Positions 58,554-64,000 of a stretch of DNA of 64,000 nucleotides are shown one piece after another. The stretch's first letter is position 1. Every line of letters starts with the position of its first letter. Location of the stretch: the NCBI GenBank assembly GCA_016200485.1, contig JACQEP010000016.1:139067-203066 (forward strand), given 5' to 3'. The translations under genes were made by a program, and so were the position numbers. Origin of the DNA: Gammaproteobacteria bacterium. Its GTDB lineage: Bacteria; Pseudomonadota; Gammaproteobacteria; Tenderiales; Tenderiaceae. The notes beneath the pieces are model-generated. The model ran no database searches. It was not told the origin of the DNA and worked only from the letters and a program-made list of their open reading frames with translations.

Positions 58554-59870
58554 TTAATCTTCACTATCACTCGTGGCCGTCACATCAGTCGCGTGGGCGT
58601 GGCGGGCGAGCACCTTGTCGATGCGCTTGCCATCGAGGTCGACCACCTCCAGCCGCCAATCCTCCCAGGTGACGATGTCGCCGGTGCGCGGCAGGTGGCC
58701 GAGCAGCCACATCACCATGCCGCTGAGGGTGTGATAGCGGCCGCGCTCCTCTTCGGGGACGCTCTTCAGCGCCAGCCGATCCTTCAGTTCGGGGATCGGG
58801 ATCAGTCCGTCGAGCAGCCAGGAGCCATCCTCGCGCTGTACGGCCCAAGCGTCTTCGAGATGGTGCGATTTGAATTCGCCGGTGACTGCTTCCAGCACAT
58901 CGTGGAGCGTGACCATGCCCTGCACTTCGCCGTACTCGTCGATGACAAAGACCAGATGGGTGCTGGAGGCGCGGAACTGTTCGAGCAGTTCCATGCCGGT
59001 GAGTGACTCGGGCACATAGACGACCGACTGCAACTGGTAAGTGAGATCGGCCCTGGCCCCCTTGAGGGTCTGGTTGAAAAGCTGCTTGGCGGTGATGATA
59101 CCGACGATGTCACCCAGGCCGCCGCGGCAGACAGGGAAACGGGAGTGATCCGATTCCGCCATGCGGGCAAGGTTCTCCTCCAGCGGACGGTTGAGGTCGA
59201 GCCAGACGATGTCGGCACGCGGCACCATCAGGGTGCCGAGCTGGCGGTCATCGAGGCGGAACACATTACGCACCATCTCATGCTCACTCTTATCGATGAT
59301 GCCCGACTCCGACCCCTCTTCCAGCATGGCGTGGATTTCCTCCTCGGTCACCCCCTGCGCCCCCAGGTCGCGGGTGCCGAGCAGCCGCAGTAGCAGAGCG
59401 GTCGAGCGCATCAGCAGCCACACAAACGGGCGCGAAGCAACGGCCAGGGCATTCATGGGGCGCGCCACCAAGCAGGCGATGCGTTCGGGATCCATCTGGC
59501 CGATGCGCTTGGGCACCAGCTCGCCGACAACAATCGAGATATAGGTGATGACCACCACTACCAGCACTGTGGCGCCGATCTCGCTGGGCCGCTGTTCGAA
59601 GCCAAGCTCCTGAAGCCAGAGCGCAAACGGCTCCGCCAGGGCGGCCTCGCCGACGATGCCGTTGAGGATGCCGATGGAGGTGATGCCGATCTGGATGGTG
59701 GAGAGGAAGCGGGTCGGCTCCTCGCCCAGTTTGATGGCCATCGCGGCGGAGCAGTCACCCGCCTCCGCCAGACGGGCCAAGCGCAGGCGGCGGGCGGCGA
59801 TGAGCGCGATCTCGGACATGGCAAATGCGCCATTCAACAGGATCAGGGCAGCGAGGATCAGAATTTCCAT
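58554..59870 (-). CDS. HlyC/CorC(TlyC)-family transporter (DUF21, CBS pair and CorC_HlyC domains)
   Basis: Start chosen at MEILILAALILLNGAFAMSE (ATG 59870), which is the DUF21 N-terminus. CBS and C-terminal transporter-associated domains follow. GC is higher than the surrounding DNA. Confidence 0.75.
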   Translation of the reverse strand: MEILILAALILLNGAFAMSEIALIAARRLRLARLAEAGDCSAAMAIKLGEEPTRFLSTIQIGITSIGILNGIVGEAALAEPFALWLQELGFEQRPSEIGATVLVVVVITYISIVVGELVPKRIGQMDPERIACLVARPMNALAVASRPFVWLLMRSTALLLRLLGTRDLGAQGVTEEEIHAMLEEGSESGIIDKSEHEMVRNVFRLDDRQLGTLMVPRADIVWLDLNRPLEENLARMAESDHSRFPVCRGGLGDIVGIITAKQLFNQTLKGARADLTYQLQSVVYVPESLTGMELLEQFRASSTHLVFVIDEYGEVQGMVTLHDVLEAVTGEFKSHHLEDAWAVQREDGSWLLDGLIPIPELKDRLALKSVPEEERGRYHTLSGMVMWLLGHLPRTGDIVTWEDWRLEVVDLDGKRIDKVLARHAHATDVTATSDSED

Positions 59871-60035
59871 GGGGCAGTTTCCGGAATAGACAATGAAAAG
59901 AAGCGGCTCACGAACGGTAGTCCGAGGCACGGGGCTATATATTACACGAGGCGCTACAGCGACTGTTTTAAGTGCCATTCGGGTCGGAGCCCTTAATCCT
60001 CTCAATAAACCATCAGCACGCGGCCCGGGGCACTT

Positions 60036-60068
60036 CTAACATTCCAACATTGATCTCTCATTGCACCA
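60036..60068. repeat. 33-bp direct repeat, copy 2 (TCTAACATTCCAACATTGATCTCTCATTGCACC)
   Basis: Upstream of the corC-like gene. Confidence 0.75.
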
Positions 60069-60328
60069 GCGTGAAAGAACATTCCTAAACCTGTTCGTCA
60101 CGTGCCTATTGCTTGGCCTCTTGACTTACCTTCATCTATCGAGCGACATATATATTTAACTGACTATAATTATTCTTGCATTGGCGGATATCAGACTGGC
60201 TCAATAAAACCGTGCTAACCGCTTAATTCGAGCGGTTATCTGAATTTAATCGCAACACGCCAGTCAAATCAGAGTGTCATTTTCTTGCGGGTATCAATAA
60301 TCATCAGAAACCCGCATAGGAGGTAGGT

Positions 60329-61198
60329 ATGTTTAAAAATGTAACAACTATCATCCACCATATTTCAATATTAGCCTTGAGCGCTGCTATTGCCCTATCG
60401 CTGCCTTACACAGGTAAATTTGTTGCAGACAATTACCTAACCTATTGGTCACTTATCGAAAGCGAAAAGGTGTTCCCTATTTCCGTGGAAATTGTGTTTG
60501 CAATACTGCTGATCATTTTTCTAAACTTTTTAGGGATGAGCTGGAAAGATAGGAAATTCTCTAGAATGGCTACTGTTGATATGGGCCTTGTGCTTGTAGC
60601 ACATGCAGAAAGTCTTCGCTCGAAAAAGCGAGCGAAAAAACTTAAAGAAGAACATGGCATTGCAAAAGATGTGTTGTTAATTGGCTCAACGGGCTTCGAT
60701 ACATTCGTAACCCAGGAAGGGGATCTACATCAGATAATACAGAATTGCCGTGAAGCGAAGATAATGCTCCTGAATCCCTCTAGCGAAGGGGCAAACTTCC
60801 GCGCAAAGAGCATCCCCAATCCTGACGTAACACCTGAACGTTTCAGGAATCAGATCGCCAAGAGCATTGATTTTTTGAAAAACCTCAAATCTCTCCAGAA
60901 AAATATAAGACTGAAGTTGTACGAGGAGACGCCATTTCTTAAGCTTGTTATCCTCGGAGATTATATGTTTATGAAGTATTATCACGCTGGCCTGAGTGGA
61001 CAGGACATGCCGGAATATATATTTAAACATTCTCCAAACCAAAGCAGTCTGTTCCATCCTTTCTATCAGTTTTTTCTTTCAAAATGGCGTGATCCGAATA
61101 TCCCAGAATATGATTTTGATTCTGATGAGTTGATATATAGGGATACTTCCGGAAATGAGACTAAAAGAGAGAAATTTCTGCAATACATTACAGATTAA
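60329..61198 (+). CDS. hypothetical membrane protein (two N-terminal TM helices plus ~200-aa cytoplasmic domain), AT-rich orphan
   Basis: 289 aa, Shine-Dalgarno AGGAGG, very low GC. No recognisable motif. Confidence 0.5.
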   Translation: MFKNVTTIIHHISILALSAAIALSLPYTGKFVADNYLTYWSLIESEKVFPISVEIVFAILLIIFLNFLGMSWKDRKFSRMATVDMGLVLVAHAESLRSKKRAKKLKEEHGIAKDVLLIGSTGFDTFVTQEGDLHQIIQNCREAKIMLLNPSSEGANFRAKSIPNPDVTPERFRNQIAKSIDFLKNLKSLQKNIRLKLYEETPFLKLVILGDYMFMKYYHAGLSGQDMPEYIFKHSPNQSSLFHPFYQFFLSKWRDPNIPEYDFDSDELIYRDTSGNETKREKFLQYITD

Positions 61199-61430
61199 AG
61201 AGATTATCCGGCCGAAAGTTTGCGCCCCATATCCATATCCCGCAAACGCTGGGTATCACCGAATCTTTGCCATCGACGTAACTCCATAACGGGAACACCT
61301 GCTTCCACATTGGCACAGAGATGGAGCATAGCAAGCGCGGCTTGATGTGATGGGTTGAGAAGAATTAAAGGTGGCAAGGCCCTTAACACTTTATCGAGAA
61401 ATATTCCTTACTGTGGTAAGTTGAAGATAA

Positions 61431-61459
61431 GCGGGGACGTAACCGCCCCCGCTTTTTTT
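61431..61459 (+). terminator. Rho-independent terminator (GCGGGG...CCCCCGC hairpin followed by a T7 run)
   Basis: Read from the sequence. In the plus orientation it lies downstream of 60329-61198. Confidence 0.55.
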
Positions 61460-61928
61460 ATGCCGCTTTAACTGACTCCGCCTGCCCCTCAATAGGCGTG
61501 GCGCCCCCCGCGTTGATCTCGATGCGTTTTGGTTTCATTGCTTCGGGGATCACGCGTTTCAGATCCACGGTCAGCAATCCGTTTTGCAGTTTGGCGCCGG
61601 TGACTTCAACATGATCCGCGAGATTGAATTTGCGCTCAAAGGCACGGGTGGCGATGCCATGATGCAGATAATTGCGTTTTTGATTGTCGTCGGCCTTTCT
61701 GCCTTTAATGCTTAACATGCCGCGCTCGACCTGAATATCAATCTCGGTGTCGGCAAACCCGGCGACGGCGAGGGTGATGGCGTAACGGTTTTCATCAAGC
61801 ACTTCGATGTTGTATGGCGGGTAACCGGGGGCAGTTTGTTCGGCGTGGAAGGCGCCTTCCAATAATGAGGCCAGGCGATCAAAGCCAACGCTGTTGCGAT
61901 ACAGGGGTGTTAAATCGATTGTGGTCAT
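61458..61928 (-). CDS. small heat-shock protein (Hsp20/alpha-crystallin, IbpA-like)
   Basis: 156 aa, alpha-crystallin domain (YNIEVLDENRYAITLAVAGF...GLLTVDL). Confidence 0.85.
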   Translation of the reverse strand: MTTIDLTPLYRNSVGFDRLASLLEGAFHAEQTAPGYPPYNIEVLDENRYAITLAVAGFADTEIDIQVERGMLSIKGRKADDNQKRNYLHHGIATRAFERKFNLADHVEVTGAKLQNGLLTVDLKRVIPEAMKPKRIEINAGGATPIEGQAESVKAA

Positions 61929-62009
61929 GGCATATCCTCCTTTGAAGCGATATGAAAATAATCAACTAGTTAGGTGAGCATGCGCCGATTAGCCCCATGC
62001 CCACATCAA

Positions 62010-62040
62010 TAAAAATGTGGGCGGGGAAAAGAATTTCAAG
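62010..62040 (-). promoter_or_regulatory. putative sigma-32-type heat-shock promoter upstream of the Hsp20 gene
   Basis: On the minus strand CTTGAAA, 13 nt, then CCCACATTT, which approximates the CTTGAA-N13-15-CCCCATNT consensus. An inverted repeat CCCACAT-N8-ATGTGGG overlaps it. Confidence 0.35.
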
Positions 62041-62086
62041 CGTTGATCTTGCAGGAGAGAGGGAGCAGAACCCTTAATGCGTTACG

Positions 62087-62731
62087 TTACGCCCGATCAA
62101 TGGGGCGCAACACCAGCAGCAAGACTATGCTACCGACAAGAAACCACACCGGACCCAGCAACCATAGCGTCAGCGGAATGGCCAGATAAAAACCTCGCAT
62201 CCCCAACGTATAGTGACGGGCACCACGCTCCAGCAAGCGTCTGGCGCTCTCCGCACCGACATCCGGCACATCTTCTCGTGGCGGTACTGTGAGTGCAAAA
62301 CAGGCGTGGTTGTAGTAACGAATTGCCAATGTGAAATTAAAAAAGGCAAAGAAAAAATCGATCGCGAGAAGCATCAGCTTTTCCAGCCACAACGCAGGAG
62401 CCACTGCCTCCACCCGATGCAACAGACCGGCCAATTCTCCTTGCCTGTCGGCAGTGAGGGCAAGATTGAAAACACCGAGCGCAATCAGAATGGCAGCTGA
62501 AGCAAGAAAGGTCGAGGCCATCGTCCAATTGCGCAAGGTTTGCACTGCCAGGATGTCGCGCTTGCGCGCGATGACGTCCTCAACCCAACGAGCACGGACC
62601 TCGTCGGCAGCACCGATGGCAGTCGCCAGTGGTGTTAAACGCACTTTGCGGTAGAGATGAACATGATAAAAAACCAAGAGCAACAAGGCCAATGGACTTA
62701 ATCCGAATTCAATCGCGCGCATAAAATCCAT
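62087..62731 (-). CDS. DUF599-family membrane protein
   Basis: 214 aa, multiple TM helices. Confidence 0.5.
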   Translation of the reverse strand: MDFMRAIEFGLSPLALLLLVFYHVHLYRKVRLTPLATAIGAADEVRARWVEDVIARKRDILAVQTLRNWTMASTFLASAAILIALGVFNLALTADRQGELAGLLHRVEAVAPALWLEKLMLLAIDFFFAFFNFTLAIRYYNHACFALTVPPREDVPDVGAESARRLLERGARHYTLGMRGFYLAIPLTLWLLGPVWFLVGSIVLLLVLRPIDRA

Positions 62732-62834
62732 TATGTGTTGTTCCTTACGATAAAGGGATGGGATCCTTTAATACTTTACTTTAATTCGTTAATCATGCCC
62801 ACGATAGAGCGTCTTTACAGCCTACCATTAACGA

Positions 62835-64000
62835 TTACTGAATCTTTTGCGCCTTGAAATACCGCCCCTTGATTTTTCCCGTTGTGAGTTGCTGCAGCGC
62901 CTGATTCGCCACGGAACGCTCGATAGCAACATAGGCTTGGTGATCAAAGATGTCGATCTTACCCACCTGACTTCCGGCGATGCCGGATTCGCCGGTCAAC
63001 GCGCCGAGGATATCGCCCGCACGCACTTTGCCTTTGCGTCCGCCTTCGATGCACAGCGTGACCATCGGTGGCTTGAGATCATGCTTGTTATTGACTTGCA
63101 AGGTGTCGATGGCAGCGATGGTGACCGGGCTTTTTTGATAATCTTCGATGGCATTGACACGATACGATTCGGCGGCGGTATACAGACTTAAAGCCAGCCC
63201 TGCTTTTCCGGCGCGACCGGTGCGCCCGATGCGATGGATGTGTACTTCCGGATCTTGACTCAATTCAAAATTGATCACGGCTTCCAGGTCTTTGATATCA
63301 AGTCCACGCGCGGCGACGTCGGTTGCAACCAGAATTGAACAGCTCTTGTTGGAAAAACGTACCAACACTTGATCGCGATCTTTTTGTTCCAGGTCACCAT
63401 GCAGCGCCAGCGCGCTAAAGCCTTTGGCTTGCAGCGTATCGGCGATCTCCTGGCATTGCAGTTTGGTGTTGCAAAAGATGGCGCATGACGCCGGATGATA
63501 ATGGCCTAATAGCGTGACCAGCGCCGCGAGGCGATGGCTGTTGCTGCTCACTTCATAAAACACTTGCTCGATCTTGGTCGAGGTGTGCGTGGCCTCAACA
63601 CTGACCCGGCTCGGGTTATTCTGCATCGATGCGCTGACTTGTTTAATTGCATCCGGATAAGTGGCAGAAAACAGCAAGGTTTGGCGCTGGCCGGGCGTGG
63701 CAGCGACAACTTCGGCGATGTCATCGTAAAAGCCCATGTCGAGCATGCGATCCGCCTCATCCAACACCAACACTTTCAATCGATCCAACTTGAGCGCACC
63801 CTTGCGCAAATGTTTAAGCACCCGCCCCGGTGTGCCGACGATGATATGCGCGCCGTGCTCCAACGAGCCCAACTGCGGGCCGGAGGGCACGCCACCGCAC
63901 AGCGTGAGCAGTTTTACGTTCGGGATGTACGTCGCCAGACGCCGGATCTCCTTGCTCACCTGGTCGGCAAGTTCACGCGTCGGGCATAACACCAAGGCTT
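62835..64000 (-). CDS. dbpA: DEAD-box ATP-dependent RNA helicase, DbpA-like (N-terminus off the window end)
   Basis: Motifs PTRELA, DEAD (LVLDEAD), SAT and HRIGRTGR, and a C-terminal DbpA RNA-binding domain. The N-terminal Q and Walker A motifs must lie beyond 64000. Confidence 0.8.
   Translation of the reverse strand, partial: ALVLCPTRELADQVSKEIRRLATYIPNVKLLTLCGGVPSGPQLGSLEHGAHIIVGTPGRVLKHLRKGALKLDRLKVLVLDEADRMLDMGFYDDIAEVVAATPGQRQTLLFSATYPDAIKQVSASMQNNPSRVSVEATHTSTKIEQVFYEVSSNSHRLAALVTLLGHYHPASCAIFCNTKLQCQEIADTLQAKGFSALALHGDLEQKDRDQVLVRFSNKSCSILVATDVAARGLDIKDLEAVINFELSQDPEVHIHRIGRTGRAGKAGLALSLYTAAESYRVNAIEDYQKSPVTIAAIDTLQVNNKHDLKPPMVTLCIEGGRKGKVRAGDILGALTGESGIAGSQVGKIDIFDHQAYVAIERSVANQALQQLTTGKIKGRYFKAQKIQ

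Noticed and set aside
55600-61200. Integron cassette array hypothesis for the AT-rich island (TA cassette plus repeat-flanked genes)
   Set aside because: There is no intI gene or attI site. Genes sit in mixed orientations. The repeats are short direct repeats or simple hairpins, not attC-like 60-130-bp imperfect palindromes with R and L boxes.
61204-61389. 61-aa minus-strand ORF between the orphan gene and hsp20
   Set aside because: It has no Shine-Dalgarno or motif and sits in the terminator and spacer region, so it is likely noise.

Overview
This 64-kb window reads as a proteobacterial (gamma-like) chromosome segment with high coding density and mostly housekeeping genes. Calls and coordinates come from the supplied ORF translations and manual reading of the sequence; no database search was possible. 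The backbone carries, in order: a GAF-GGDEF gene (partial), a DedA-PAP2 fusion, dgkA, persulfide dioxygenase-rhodanese, ubiX, mpl, a PLD-family enzyme, tal, a fructosamine-kinase-family gene, a giant hybrid sensor kinase, a TrmH-family methyltransferase, an M1 peptidase with a TonB-dependent receptor, hemE, gltBD, a SPOR-ATPase, dgt, aroKB, pilMNOPQ, mrcA, gltA, mdh, a malic enzyme, an MFS transporter, an Hsp20, a DUF599 protein and dbpA (partial). The order ponA / pilMNOPQ / aroKB / SPOR-ATPase / gltBD / hemE resembles the Pseudomonas-type arrangement. Five stretches look accessory or unusual. (1) A ~2.7-kb cassette at 4488-7219 is bounded by 35-bp inverted repeats that each contain two tandem TTYGTAATTAA boxes. 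It carries brnTA, a peroxiredoxin, an AT-rich PrcB-like lipoprotein and a DUF2442/DUF4160 pair whose DUF4160 member is cut off exactly at the right repeat, with no transposase. (2) An overlapping two-gene stator-like module at 15568-17348 pairs a MotA/ExbB-like channel with an ExbD-like anchor fused to a coiled coil and a vWA domain, next to a 1293-aa multi-sensor hybrid kinase. (3) An AT-rich island at ~54.9-61.5 kb holds a RelE/ParE-type TA pair at its edge, 1.5 kb of ORF-poor DNA with a hairpin repeat family, a PEP-CTERM protein, a 33-aa Lys-rich small ORF, a CorC/TlyC gene flanked by 33-bp direct repeats, and an orphan two-TM protein. (4) Two intergenic repeat families recur: the 28-bp palindrome GTAGGGGCGATTCATGAATCGCCCCTAC (5 copies), and long-stem hairpins with 17-26-bp stems built from CGCRRAGR octamers (4 copies). 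(5) dgt plus a WGR-domain gene sit between aroB and the SPOR-ATPase as an apparent insertion. No tRNA, rRNA, CRISPR array, integrase or transposase was found.
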